The position numbers and the translations under genes are program-made. From the NCBI RefSeq assembly GCF_009914755.1, contig NC_060929.1: a stretch of 64,000 bases of DNA, one strand, 5' to 3'. The first letter of the stretch is position 1. The number at the start of each line of letters is the position of its first letter. The stretch is from the human T2T-CHM13v2.0 reference genome, Homo sapiens. The notes under the pieces were generated by a model, which was not told where the DNA came from, ran no database searches, and saw only the letters and a list, made by a program, of their open reading frames with translations. Below, piece by piece: positions 27,886-41,787 of this stretch.

Positions 27886-29115
27886 CAACAACAGCAGCAA
27901 AAAAAACCGATGTTAAGAACTGTCAAGTCTTGGAGACATGCCAATATCAAGTAGAGACTTCTTTTAGGCTATCTCACCAAGTTTCAAAAAGACTAGGAAG
28001 GGAGTATCTTTCTCAGGTCGTGACACACAACCTGACATGCATTTCTGGATCACCTGAAATTATCTCTTGCACGGTAGCCTGTAGGGGCCAGCCTCACAGG
28101 GTCGGTGGGCTTCTCCCTGTGTGCGGCGACGAGAGAGTGTAGAAATAAAGACACAAGACTAAGAGATAGAAGAAAAGACAGCTGGGCCCGGGGGACCACT
28201 ACCACCAATGCGCGGAGACCAGTGGTGGCCCCGAATGTCTGGCTGTGCTGTTATTTATTGGATACAAAGCAAAAGGGGCAGGGTAAAGAGTGTGAGTCAT
28301 CTCCAATGATAGGTAAGGTCATGTGGGTCACATGTCCACTGGACAAGGGGCCCTTCCCTGCCTGGCAGCCAAGGCAGAGAGGGAGAGGAGACAGAGAGAA
28401 AGACAGCTTATGCCATTATTTCTGCATATCAGAGACTTTTAGTACTTTCACTAATTTACTACTGCTATCTAGAAGGCAGAGCCAGGTGTACAGGATGGAA
28501 CATGAAGGCGGACTAGGGGCATGACCACTTAAGCACAGCATCACAGGGAGACGGTTAGGCCTCCGGATAACTGTGGGCAAGCCTGACTGATGTCAGGCCC
28601 TCCACAAGAGGTGGAGGAGCAGAGTCTTCTCTAAACTCCCCCAGGGAAAAGGAGACTCCCTTTCCCGGTCTGCTAAGTAGCGGGTATTGTTCCTTGACAC
28701 TTTTTGATACCGCTAGACCACGGTCCACCTGGCAACGGGCGTCTTCCCAGACGCTGGCATCACCGCTAGACCAAGGAGCCCTCTGGTGGCCCTGTCCGGG
28801 CATAACAGAAGGCTCACACTCTTGTCTTCTGGTCACACCTCACTATGTCCCCTCAGCTCCTATCTCTGTATGGCCTGGTTTTTCCTAGGTTATGATTATA
28901 GAGCGAGGATTATTATAATATTGGAATAAAGAGTAATTGCTACAAACTAATGATTAATGATATTCATATATAATCATCTCTAAGATCTACATCTGGTATA
29001 ACTATTCTTGTCTTATATTTTATTATACTGGAACAGCTCGTGTCCTTGGTCTCTTGCCTCGGCACCTGGGTGGCTTGCCGCCCACAGTAGCCTAGGTGCC
29101 ATACTTGGGCAATCC
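27561..29115. mobile_element. MER113-like hAT-Charlie element split by LTR13, with (CA)n at ~27855-27882
   Basis: cagtttcccaaacttt...ttctagctagatact...cacctgaaattatctcttgc, and remainder after the LTR (catacttgggcaa). Confidence 0.6.
28080..29086 (-). mobile_element. LTR13 solo LTR (ERVK, HML-4 group)
   Basis: Reverse complement begins tgtgggcggcaagccacccaggtgccgaggcaagagacc; 1007 bp; TG..CA ends; perfect 6-bp TSD gtagcc at 28074-28079 and 29087-29092. Confidence 0.92.
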
Positions 29116-30034
29116 AGGCTCAGTAGGATGCTGCCGAGACCTAGCCACAGTGATTTTGTTGGTCTCGTGTACTGGGAGTAGAGGGGAGTTTTTGAAAGTC
29201 ATCCAGTGTAAATAGTTGGAGCGTTGTGTTTTAAAGGGCCTGTAAAAATTTTTAGTTTAATCTTTAATAGCCGGTTCTAAATAAGCCTTTTGTTTTCTCT
29301 CTCCCACTCCTTTTCCCCTTGCATTTTGGGCAGTTTGGTTTCTGTTTTCAGTGGTTTGCTTTGTAGCATGCAGAATGGGAATGATTCTATAAGGTTGGGA
29401 TGGCAGAGAAAAGAATACAGAAAAGAGTCAAATATTGACACACACACTTCTCTTTCTGTTTGTAAGGTCTCAGCTGAGGAGTCACACATAGGAAAACTCT
29501 CCTAATCGCATTTATAACGTACTGTAGGAGAGGGCATGCACACCTACACAGACAGCTCTCAGGTATCTGTATGGATGACTTTTGGCCTATTTGGAATTCC
29601 GTGACTAATTTCCTCCTGCTCCCCAATAGGGTTCAACTTTGTATTATTTTTTTTAATTTTCCAGAGTACTTTGACATACCTGATCTCATTTTTTCTACAT
29701 GCCTTCTGTTGGCCTGTGAAGTGCAATTAAGAAGACAACTATTCTGTAAAAGTATGTGTAAATACTTGGCCTCCTAATTGCAAACAGAATGACTTGGGTT
29801 ATGCTCAGCATTGTTTCCTTTCATGAGTATGAATAATAAAGTGTTGATTGTAGGTGCATTTAATTGTTAAAACCCTTCAGAACAGCCATATAGCCATGAA
29901 AGACTTTGTTGTTTATTTAATAGCTTTTGGTCTAATAATCTCATTGCTGGAAAAATGTATTCCAAGTCTGTAATTGAGAAGAAGAAAGATAAAGATTCTA
30001 TACAGGAAAATCGTTCATTAATGAGTTATCTTTT

Positions 30035-30109
30035 TTCAAATGTTTTATTTTACTTTAAGTTCTGGGATACATGTGCAGAACGTGCAGGTTTGTTACATAG
30101 GTATACATG
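30035..30109 (-). mobile_element. Extremely 5'-truncated L1PA (~75 bp) within an old L1M relic
   Basis: tactttaagttctgggatacatgtgcagaacgtgcaggtttgttacataggtatacatg; TSD taatgagttatctttt at 30019-30034 and 30110-30125. Confidence 0.92.
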
Positions 30110-30809
30110 TAATGAGTTATCTTTTAAAAGTGTAATAATCTGTGTTTTAGCCAACAGGGCAATAAGTAAACTATGGTATGACAACCCTCTGAATGCTTAT
30201 ACTGCTATTACAACCATAAATACTGAATGCAGAAAAATGCTTAGCCAATAAATGAAAAATATATGAGGATGTATGCATATTATTATCATAACTCTTTGTG
30301 TGTATATAGTGCATATTGTACATATGTATATGATACCACACATAGACACACACGCACACTCACACATACGTACAAAAACCCACAGAAGATACAGGAAAAT
30401 AAAACAGCTGCTGTTAGGATGGCAAATTTTTTTTAAGGTGTTATTCTTAATGTTCTTTTAGTGCTGTAATGTTTTTATTGGAAGTAAGATTCAGGGCAGG
30501 GAAAACAGAACGATAAAAATTGACCACATATGTATAAAAACAAGTGCCAGTAAGACAGAGTGAACTCTGGTTGTATAGAGAAGTCAGATATATGTAAATC
30601 TTAATAGAGCCATTCAGTGTCAAGCGGTTAGAAGGTGTATGTGGCATCAGTTTAACTTCTGATGGTGTGGTGACCTCCCAGCCTCCGATACCCACCCTAA
30701 CCTAACCTAGCACCTAGCACAATGCTTGGCTTGTTATTGTCATCACTAACGGATGGATGGAATCAGTGGATGGTTTTCTAAGAACATAAATCCAAATTAG
30801 AATTTAAGA

Positions 30810-30936
30810 GGCCGGGTGCGGTGGCTCACGCCTGTAATCCCAGCACTTTGGGAGGCCGAGGCAGGTGGATCACGAGGTCAGGAGATCGAGACCATCCTGG
30901 CTAACATGTTGAAACCCCATCTCTACTAAAAATACA
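30810..30936 (+). mobile_element. AluY/Sc-type left arm only (3'-truncated)
   Basis: ggatcacgaggtcaggagatcgagaccatcctggctaaca; ends at ctactaaaaataca. Confidence 0.9.
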
Positions 30937-31439
30937 TCAGTATTCTATTGATGTGCCAATCTAGGCACTTAGATGATAGAATAATAAGGTAAGATAGGTG
31001 GGAAACACTAATTAGAACCAGAAGCATTTAGTTGGGTAAATAGAAGGAAGGAAAGAACCCAGTTTGTTAGAGAACAGAGGATCTGCAAAGCTGGGGAAGT
31101 AGCATTCTCTTGGGTATGAAAATAGGAAAGGGTGGTGCACGGATATGAATGATGGCAGCTGGGAGGTGGGTAAACTGATAAAATCAGTGATGAGCAAGAG
31201 TTTGCTAGAAGTTCCTGAAGCTTCTGGAGAGGTGGTCCTTGCTACTATTAAAGGCATTGTTCAAAGAAGGGCCAGAAAACCCTTGGATCAGGCTTGTACT
31301 CGGAATTGTTTTTAGATGAGTTTCCTTGCTCATAGGTAACAGATCCGGAGCAGCTTTACTTCTTGCTTCTCCTCCTCTTCCTCTTCCTCCTCCTCCTATT
31401 CCTCCACCACCATTACCACCACCATCATCATCCCTTTTA

Positions 31440-31632
31440 TTATTAGCTCATTTAATCCTCATAACAACTCTATGAGGTAGGTCGTATTTCCCTCAGTTTA
31501 CAGTTTTGGAAACTGAGACACAGAGAGATTAAGTATTTTACCTAAATTCACACAGCTAATAAACAGAGATAAAATTTGAACCCAGAGCATCTGGTATGAG
31601 AGCCAGTGCTCTTCTCCACTGTTACACTGCAC
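31440..31632 (-). mobile_element. MIR SINE, preceded by (CCT)n/(CAC)n low complexity
   Basis: ctcatttaatcctcataacaactctatgaggtagg...gaaactgagacacagagagattaag...tttgaacccag. Confidence 0.85.
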
Positions 31633-32224
31633 AGTTGCGCCTGGGTAAGCAATGATTATTTCCTTATTAAAAATAAAGACCTATAGCTTCTTAGCCTGTC
31701 CTTTCTCAAAAAATTATATTAGGATCTCTGGATTGTTTTTGTATGATATATTTCAAAAAATTTTTAACATACAAATATTAGATATGCTCACTCTCAAAAT
31801 GCAAATAATATGGAAGTAGTATGAGAATAATTACCCTCATTCCTCCCTTCTAGGGATGACCACAGGTAATTTTTAGTGACTATCTTTTCAGTCCTCTCTG
31901 GTTGTGTATATATTTACATGCATAGGATTGCACTTCTTTTGTTATTTTATACATATATCTTTACATACATATGTATTGTGCATATGGATGTACATGTGTT
32001 GATGGAATTGTGCTTCACATGTTCTTTTGCTTTTTGTAGTCTTTGTATCATTGTCACTGAGGTCTGGCCATGTTAATGAGTTTAGGTGTATATCACTGGA
32101 GCTCTTTGATTTGCCGTTGTGTATCCCTTCCCTGACAAACTGCTGGCACATAATAGATGCTCAACAAATATTTGTTTAATGAATTGTGTTGATTCCATTA
32201 TCTTATGCCACAATGTTTAAGTAG

Positions 32225-32550
<326 letters not shown>

Positions 32551-33609
32551 AAGTAGTCATTTTTTAATTGAACGTTTAGTTTGTTTCCTCTTCTCCACTA
32601 GTATAAAAAATGCCATTTCCTCATTTCAGGAAGGCTGGCCATTTTGTGATGAGACCTTTATAGTTTGGCAGGCTCTTGGCAGGATGAAGATGAAGCTGTT
32701 TTCTCTCCATCTGGCCAGGTATTTGCTGGCTGCCGTTGATCAGTCCCAATGGAGACAGTGACTCTTGGGAAATTATTTCCTCCTACATTAGAGGCCAGAT
32801 TTAAACAAATAAAGCTTGATTTTATGTTGGCCTGTTCTTTAGAGACTCTTTATCTTTGGTGGGTAGAAGAGCTCCAGTTGGATTATTTGTCTTTTCCATG
32901 AATAATGTTCGTTTAACTGAATTAGCAGGGGAAGAGCAATGAAATATTAGAAATGCTTATTGTACCCTTTAGAGTAGTGCTTCTTAACCTTTCTGGAATC
33001 TCAGAGCCCTTTTAGAATGGCTCTGGGACTAAGCTGTGGGTCCTCTGCTTAGAGAAGTGCACATGGGTGGTCAGTGTATCACGGCCCCTGAAGATGAGGA
33101 GTATGGGTTGAGGACCTCTGTACTTAGGGGAGCTGTTGCCTGTGTTTGCCTTCCCTTCCTGCATAGTCTCTTTGCTCTTTTCCTGTGACAGTGTTTTGGT
33201 GACACTGCTCTGGAAACTTCGGTGGCTTGTTGTTGTTGTTGTTCTTGATATTTTTGAGGTTGGGGATGTATGTAAAGAATTAACAAGTGGATTGCATCTT
33301 GGTAGGCAGAAAGGAAGAATACAGCATTTTATTTTCTGCCAGTGTGTATAAACAGCCCACACCAGGGACTTTTTGTAGATACTGTTAGTCATGTTAAGCA
33401 GATGAACAGGGTGCATATAAAGTGTTTGTTGAACATGAGAGTTGGTTGTAGGAAAATTCCCACTGAGCCCAGTGCTGCACACATATTCAGCACTCGTGAA
33501 CCAGGCCTTCTGCTAGATTACAGGAATAGAAAGATAATAAATCCCAGTTTCTGCCCTTTAAGGGCTTATGTTCTAGGAGAGGGTAAGGGTCATGAAATGA
33601 AATAAATGG

Positions 33610-34086
33610 AGTAGTTTTATTAGTGAGCCTGGTTTGTTTCCAAAGGCCAGAAACTGGCTCAAGGAAAAAAGAGAATTTTTTGGTTCATGTATCTGAAAAT
33701 TCCAGAAGTAGCCTTTGACTCTTTCTGTTTTCCTCTCTGTTGGCTTCATCCTTAGGTTACATCTTTGTGTGTGACCCACCAGCCATCCACTTCTGGCGGC
33801 TCCAACCTCATATCACCCTTAACAGTCAGCAGTTCTGGCAAGACGACATACTTCTTCCCCTATTGTTCCAATAGAAGTCTTGGAGTTGGGTCACATGCCC
33901 ATTCCTAAGCCAATCATTGGGGCCAGGAAGAGGGCAGATAGAATATGCTGATTGGCCAGGGTGTAACAGACAGGGGAGCCATCTGGACTGTCATCTGGGG
34001 AGGAATGGTTCCCCAAGGGAGAATCAAGGTGTTGTTACCAGAAGTGGGAATGGATGTGGGGCAAGTAGAAACAAGGACCACTACAG
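33610..34086 (-). mobile_element. Old MaLR LTR (MLT1K-like) within an L2 relic
   Basis: gggtcacatgcccattcctaagccaatca...gctgattggccagg...ttccccaagggagaatcaaggtgttgttaccagaag...cactaca. Confidence 0.65.
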
Positions 34087-35196
34087 CAGTAATCTACTAA
34101 TAGAAGTTTCTGTAAGATGTGGGTGGACAAGGAAGAGGATGTGACGGTCACTCTAGAAAGGCTTTCTGGAGAAGGCGATGTTTAACCAAGTTTCTAATGA
34201 ATGAGTCAATGAATCAAAGACTAAAATAGCCATCTTTCAGGACATAGGATTCTTTCATATGAAACTTTTTAAAGTGTGATTGTGTTAGTTTAAATTCTGG
34301 TTTCAATCCCATTTTGGTAAAATTTAAGATTCTACAAATTTTTTAGGTGGCATTGGAGGTTTGAGTTTAAGTAAATTTGAAGACTGAGATACAAATTTGA
34401 AAATAATTTTTTTTCAGAGATGTCCATTATAATGATACTTAATGTGGTGGGTCTATGTATTTGGTACATATTCTAAGTAGGAGGAAAATAACCGAAGTTA
34501 TAACTGTTTCTCCTTATCACTGATCATTTGTAAGGGACTATGCTTGGTACAGTACTATAAACCCTTGATTTGTTGGTGGGGCAGAATAACCATGGTTATA
34601 AGTAAATAAAACTAGCATGCTTTTGAAGAGAATGAAATTGCAGGAGAAGGAAAGCATCTATATCTTGGAAGGTTCCAGGTGCCTAGAACTTGACAGTAGC
34701 CATTAGGAGACTGCTACCCGGTTTCTGGTCAGATGTGTTCTTGTCTCACTGAAGCCCTGGATTAGCTGCTATCTCCTCAGCTGGGGAGGCCCCAGGGTAT
34801 CACTAATTAGCAGCGCTGCAGGAAGTTTGAGCAAGTTTAATCATATCTTTAAGCGAAGTCTTCTGGTAGTGCTAGACTACTCTTTTCTGTACCTGCTGAT
34901 TTTTTTTTAGAAACGGAGGCTGATGACACCTTTTGAGTACTTACTGTATACCATTCTTTCTGCCAAAAAAGTCTCGTGTATTGTTTCTTGATCCTATGAA
35001 GGTAGACACAATTATCCCTGTTTTGCATTTCAGGAAACCAAAAGCTTAAAGAGGCCATACCCTCAACTTTTTCAATTTAGCACCAAGCTAATCTGAGAGT
35101 GCTTGAAGGCTTCTCTGATGAGCCCAGAGAAAGACAAGAGGAAGCTGACATTAAGGATGAGGTTGATTTCATTTCCTATGTGATACACGGAGTTTA

Positions 35197-35565
<369 letters not shown>

Positions 35566-35831
35566 CTATCTGGCTTTCATCATGGGAAGGCCTGCTCTCC
35601 TTCTGATTCCCTTGCCAGGCCATTTAAGATGCTTCTTTGCTCAGAAACCAGTTGCTGTCTGCACATTTTCTTCTAATATTTGAGTGAAAGGAAGTTCATC
35701 TGAATAGGGAACTTGGAGCCAACACTAGGGGACTGCCTTAAAAGACTGTTACCTCTTTGAGGGGCCTTTTTTTGTTTTGTTTTTTTAATACAGGCTTAAA
35801 TTAATCCCAAACCTTTGTATTGTATTCCTTA

Positions 35832-36221
35832 TTTTTAAAAATAACTTTTATTTTGTGTGTTTAAGGCATACAACATGATTGTAAGATACATATATGTAGT
35901 AAAGCAGTTACTATAGTGAGACAGATTAACATAGTGATCATCTCACAGTTAACCATTCTCTACCCCCCAAGAACAGCTGTAATCTCATTTAGCAGAAATC
36001 CTGAATGCAATACACATTATTAACTGTAGTCTTCCTGTTGTATCTTTAGACTTACTCATCCTATATATTTGCTACGTTGTGTCCTTTGACCTCTACACCT
36101 CATCATTTCCTTTCCACTACCCCAAACCTGGTAATCACTATTTTGTTTTCTATCTCTGTAAATTTGACCTTTATTCTTTTTTTTTTCAGATTTTACATAT
36201 AATTGAGATCATGCAATATTG
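35832..36221 (-). mobile_element. L1MA-type 3' end
   Basis: tttaaggcatacaacatgat...catctcacagtta...attattaactgtagtc...cagattttacatataattgagatcatgcaatat. Confidence 0.75.
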
Positions 36222-36475
36222 TTATTATTTTAATTTTTTTCTGTGATGTTTTTAAAATGGTAAATATTTCTGTGTATTGGAAATAAGTTTCTCTAAACAA
36301 ATTTTTATTTCATTTTATACCATATTTTATTAAATTTTAATTGTTAATAAGGATTGATTTGGGGTTGTTTTAGATTGGTAATTCCCCCTAGTCCAGTTGA
36401 CTGAGAGTTAACTGCAGGATGAAAATGGACCCTGACAGCTCAGAGTGGGCTAGAACAAATGCCAGAACTACAGGT

Positions 36476-36895
36476 AAGGGTGTTTGTTGCAGCATTGGTG
36501 GAAAAGCTAAGATAGATAGAAGAGATCGTTAAAAAGGCATTGCTCAAAATAGCTTACTAGTATGGGACTGACAATTTCCATTATGTGTATCCATACCGTG
36601 GAGTCCTGTGCAGTATTTTCTATGTGATGCAGGTCTGTGTGTCCTTTTAAGAAAAGCACTGTGACAGTAGCGACATCCAAAACTTCTTGAATAATGTGAT
36701 CTCATTTGAGTAAATAAAAGGATGTTTATGAAGTCTGTGCACATGCTCTTCCTTGTATATAAATAATTTCTAGAGATGATACTCAAAAATCGTTGAAATG
36801 TTCGGGGAGCGAGAATAGAGAATTTTAACCTTCCATTTTTAAACTTTTCTGTATAGTTTGATTTTACTCCATGCACAAGTGTTAGTTTTATTTTT
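36476..36895 (+). mobile_element. L1ME 3' relic
   Basis: aagggtgtttgttgcagcattg...atccataccgtggagtcctgtgcag...ttttctgtatagtttga. Confidence 0.55.
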
Positions 36896-38599
36896 AAAAT
36901 AACAGTCCTAAAAGTAACACTTATTGGTTATGAATGAAAGAGAAATTTCAGTAATAAAACCCAGTTAAGTTCCTTAATTAAAATAAATCCATGGGTGTGG
37001 TTTTAGTAGCTAGGTCTGTTACATACCTTAAGACCCAGGACATTTCTTTTCTCTCCCTCCTCCCAGGCTTTATGAAACTATAGTTATTTATTTCATAGAT
37101 GTTTAAAAGTAGGTCAGCAACACAACCAGAAAAAGACTCTCCGTTGGTTTAGGGGGAGGTGGGTGGGAGGGCGCTAGCAGAGGACATCAGGTTGGCTTCC
37201 TTGATCTTCCTCTGCCTTTTTGTGTTTGTTGCTGGTTTCTAACCATTTTCCTCCCTTTTCCCACATACATTTTGAAGATTATTTTAGACTGGGCAGTGCC
37301 CTAACATTTTTAGCTTTTGCCTTCTGTATTTTTACAGCATGTTTTTAGAGTCTGTTTATTTTCTTAGTGTCTATTTGATCAGTTCCTTTAAATTTTATAT
37401 CTAGTGCTTTATTGCTTCATATCCTGCTTGCTTCTGCTATAGTTTAGTGTGCATCTGACTTTGGTCATTCCGTTGCTATCCTGTTCCATTTATCCCTTTT
37501 ATGTTTGTATTTCAGTTTTTTTTTTTTTAAATATCTGAATAATTCAATGTCTCCAACCCAAATAGCCAGTGAAACTTTTCTCGACCTACCTGGTTACGAT
37601 GGCTGAAATGATACAAGCAACCATCAGGCAGGAAGGGCTCTGGTTCTCGATGGTGTATTATTGTTCTGACAGCTAAACCCTGGCAGGATGATGCCTACAG
37701 GCTCCTAATATGGAGCGCGAATGTTTGGAAATGTTGGAAAATTACAGGCAATGGCCCTCTTTACATGGGCTTTTCATGGGAATAGATGAATTCATATACA
37801 AATATTGCTTAATGTTTTATTTTAAGAGGCAGTAACTCTACAAACTGATGAAATGTTTACAACGTGTTTTTTCTGAACATTAACTCATGTAAAGTGTTTG
37901 TGGTTCTCATGGCTCCCATCATGGGTGGATGAGGAAGCAGAGCCTCCTCCACATTCAAGCCTTCTGACTGCAGGGCTCCGCTCCCGCCTGAGCTTTTCCT
38001 TCCATCCTCGCTTGTCTTCACATCAGTAATACTGAAAGTATTTGGCAAGCTGAGCTTCTAGAAAGTGATACATTTTTGGAAAGATTTTTTCCTCCTCAAC
38101 TATTTAGCATTGTGAATAGTTTCCCCTTTTGTTCCTTTCGCCCTCTGTCCCTCAGGCCGTGTTATTTTCAAGACCTTCCATTCCATTTTGCTAGCCTCCC
38201 TTGTTCCACATCCATACCTCCCTTCTCATACTTTTCATTCCACCTGAAGAGTGGGAAATGGCTTTTTCCATTAATCCTGCCTTGCTTTTCCTGTAAGATC
38301 TAGCACCAAACCTCCCTCTTCCCAGAAGTCTTGTCTGACGTGGTACATCCAACTTCAATCGTTTCAAATCTCCATTGGCCCTCCCCTACAGTTCTGAAAG
38401 ATTCTGTCTTACACATGGGGTGGTCGAGGAGGGGAGGCAGGTTTGTAATGGAAATGATGGTAGACTGAGCAAGGAGATGTAGCATCTGCTTCCCTTGTGC
38501 TGCTAAACGGCATGGACTTGGAAAAGCTGCTCACCCCTCCTAGGCCTGTGGTTCTGCAGCTTTAATATAAAAGGGGTAGGACTAGAGAACTGCGTCTAC

Positions 38600-38797
38600 A
38601 GTAGTGATTTTCAAATTATGTTTCAAGAATCTTTGGGACTCTACAGTTGCTGAGGTGAAAGAAACCTTTCTCCCAGCTTCTTCCAGAGCTGCCCTGCTTT
38701 CATCTTGCTGGTGTACTGGGGTTTCACATTCAATTTTTATCTGTCTGTCTATTTTTGATAAAAGATATTCTGTACTAATAGTTTTAAAACCATCAGA
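38600..38797. mobile_element. hAT-Charlie MITE (MER102/103-like)
   Basis: agtgattttcaaatt...ccagagctgccctgctttcatc...gttttaaaaccatcag, degenerate terminal inverted repeats. Confidence 0.45.
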
Positions 38798-40129
38798 TTA
38801 AATGACCTGAATGTGGTTATTGTTTCTTACACATAGTTAGCTACTTAATAAATAGTTTTAATTCAACTTAGCTTTGATCATTTAGCAAACTATAAAGATG
38901 ATCCCTGAAAGTTTAGTCTTAGCTTTGTTCTTTAGATGTTTCTTGTGTGTATCATCTCCCAATCGACAGTCAGTAAACTTCATCATTCCCAGTACCTAAG
39001 ATTGCAGTGTGTATACTTGTGTATACTTTATTACCCAGCGTCCCTGAGATTACTTAATAAAGGATTTTATAGGATAAAAGTAGCTCCAGTCTTTGTGTCC
39101 TGGGTTGCCTGGAGAGTATTAAGAAAACATAATAAAATTGGTTGAGGTGTACCATACATGTATTTATCTTACATGAATTCAACTATAAGCATTCTGCAAA
39201 TAACAAGAATATAATGTGGCCTCTGAACACCAGTAACTGCTTTGTCTGGTGCTCAGCTGAATAAACCACCGTATGGAGGAAAAACTCTCCGTGGAACTTA
39301 GTGACAGGCAGTACAGTACAGTTTAAACAAAGCAAAGTATATTATGCCATATGCCCGGCTTAAGGGCTTTTCACGAGAAATTCTCACTCTATCTGGATTT
39401 TGCCTTAAATGTTAGCTGTAGAACCTAACACCCAAGTAAAGATATGGTATCATCATATTCTATTTCACTTCATTGGAAGCTCTTTCCCATGAAGGATTCT
39501 GCAGATTTTTAATACATGGTGATGCTTCCATAAAGTACTCCTTTAAAGCATTTGAAATAATCTGTTTGAAATAGGAGTATGAAACCATTTAGAAAGCACC
39601 TCTCTAAAGGAAATTAAGTTTATGAAGTGAATAAGTGAACTAATGTCATGCTAGCAGCCTGTGTAGAGGATCTACTGCTTCTGAGGGACAGGGGTTATCG
39701 GCTAAAGGAAGGACAGATCTCTTGATCCCTATTTGGCCCTTTTGCTAACCCTGAAAGTAGCCCAAGAGCAAGGCCTCTGAAATGCTAGGACATTTGACCC
39801 AATCATTATTACTACATTTTTGTATAGTCTCAATGGAGTCTTTAACATCCATACATAATAGATGTATCCATCCAATATAAATTCAATGAATAAAAGCGCA
39901 CCTAAGTAAGACTGTGTATTGAAAAATGCAACGTTCATAAGATATCCTGTTGGGAAAAGATATTTTTTTACATGCCAAAAATACAAATTGAGACTTTACT
40001 AAACTAGATTGGAAAGACAGTTCTGTAGAGACATCTGGTTCCCTGTAGGTGGAATTTCAACTCTTAAAAGCGAGCATATCAACTTAAATAGTATGTGAAC
40101 TAGAGAATTTAGATTTTGAACCTGCTGGT

Positions 40130-40502
40130 TCAAACTTTTCTGTGTTTGCCATCATCCTCAGGTAGGTTCTCCTCATCGTGTCAAAGATAGGCCCTTGGAG
40201 ACCAGGAGAAGCTCCTGGTCTGTACCCTACCCATTTGCACGCAAGAGTACACCTCTGTGGTAATAGTTCCAGCAAAAGTCCCAGGGCAGGCTCTTTCATT
40301 GGCCTGGGCCAGGTTCTGTATTCATCCCTAAAGTGGTCACTGTGACTGAGGCCACTCCTGAGTCATATGCTAGCCCTGGGGTTAGCTCCGCCCAACCACA
40401 CAGACAGAGCTGAGGGAAGGAGTACACTAAAGGAAAATTGAGAAGTTTTAGTTAGAAAGTGGGGATGGATTCTGGGCTGGCAGAAAGAACAGATGTTCCT
40501 CA
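40130..40502 (-). mobile_element. Old MaLR LTR (MLT1K-like)
   Basis: aatagttccagcaaaagtcccagg...cattggcc...aaaggaaaattgag...ggatggattctgggctggcagaaa. Confidence 0.6.
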
Positions 40503-41787
40503 TAATGAGCAATTGCAAGGGCTCATACAAGACAAGTTTCAGAGGGGCTATTGATGGTGTGGGTAAAGAAAATTATATAAAAGTAACACCTCAACCCGCG
40601 GTTCTTCCTTGAGATTATGGTTCCTTTTATTTCACAATTTGTGGCATTGCTGGGCCAATAAAGAGAACTTCAAACAGATATTCCACATTCTTTTATTGGC
40701 ACACAGAGGGCCATCAATTAACCTTATTAAAAAAAAAACAACAGTGGAAGAATCCTGTTTTGAAATCTTGATTTGCTTTAAAAGCACGTAGATGGTTGTT
40801 GACAGATTTTTGTTGGTCCTGGGGCTGCCACAGGTCAGCCAGGTGTTTTTTTCCCCCTGCTGGATACGGATCTTTGGACATTTGCCTCCAGTCTTTGCGT
40901 TGAACTCAGCAGTTTCCTGGGTGAGGAGGCAACCTTTGTGTGCTCAGCTTCTTCCAAAGCAGCTGTCTCTAGAAGTTGCTAGCCATCTCCTGGTTAAGAA
41001 AGAAGATGGAAGGTGGTAGGGAGAGGAAGCAAAAACATTTCACACTGCCTCCCCAAAGACAGATCTGTTATCCTGCCTTGACCACAAAAATTCACGGAGG
41101 AAGTCAGTGAGTCAGAGATGCGCCAGGGTGTAAGTTGTCAGCACAGTTCAGCGAGCTCTGGTATCTTGTGTTTCTCTGTTCGTACCACTACTGCTTTCCT
41201 TCCTGGCTACATTCACCAGCATGAAGAAACTGGAGCAGCACCTTGAGAGGTTTCATCAGCCCATGGCTGGGATGGTTGACAGATCACTTGCAAAGCCATG
41301 GGAAAAGGACCTGGTTCCTCTTGACTCCTCTGACTTATTTTCAGTGATCCGACATCTTGAAAATATTTTCCATTTCACTCCTAGGTTCTTGTAGGCCTTC
41401 CCACAATGAGCACATTCAGTCTTAAAAATTTTTTTTCTGCTTTAATTGGCGTGGGGTCGGATCGCTTCTCCTTGGGTCTTAACTGTATTCAGAGGGGCTT
41501 AGGGTTTGCCCAAGGCCTCAAAGGCCATGAGTGGTAGGTCATGGTCAAAGCATGTCCTCTTTCCTCAATAGCAGTGTTGGCCTAAATTCATTCTCCACTT
41601 CTTCGACTCTCTTTCTCTTGGGTGATGAGGAGGTATGAGATAATGTGTGAGAAATCCTTGGCCATCTTTGGAGTGAGGGGCTCTGTCTATGTACCTGTGT
41701 CCCCATCCAGAAAATACATAGCCAGGGTTGGCTGGTGCTGCTCTCATCATTGACATAACCAATCTGAAACTGGAAACCGAAGCACCA

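Noticed and set aside
28105-28888. ORFs inside LTR13 as retroviral genes
   Set aside because: Solo LTR with no gag/pol/env, primer-binding site or internal region
29467-29562. 96-bp ag...gt bounded candidate exon
   Set aside because: Stop codons in all three frames
36390-36479. Possible exon ending at cag|gtaagg (36473) with short frame MKMDPDSSEWARTNARTT
   Set aside because: Weak acceptor, no recognisable protein similarity, and the donor overlaps the edge of an L1ME relic
37150-37185. CTCF site at gggagggcgctagcagagg
   Set aside because: Only the 3' half of the core matches; the CC..AG 5' part is missing
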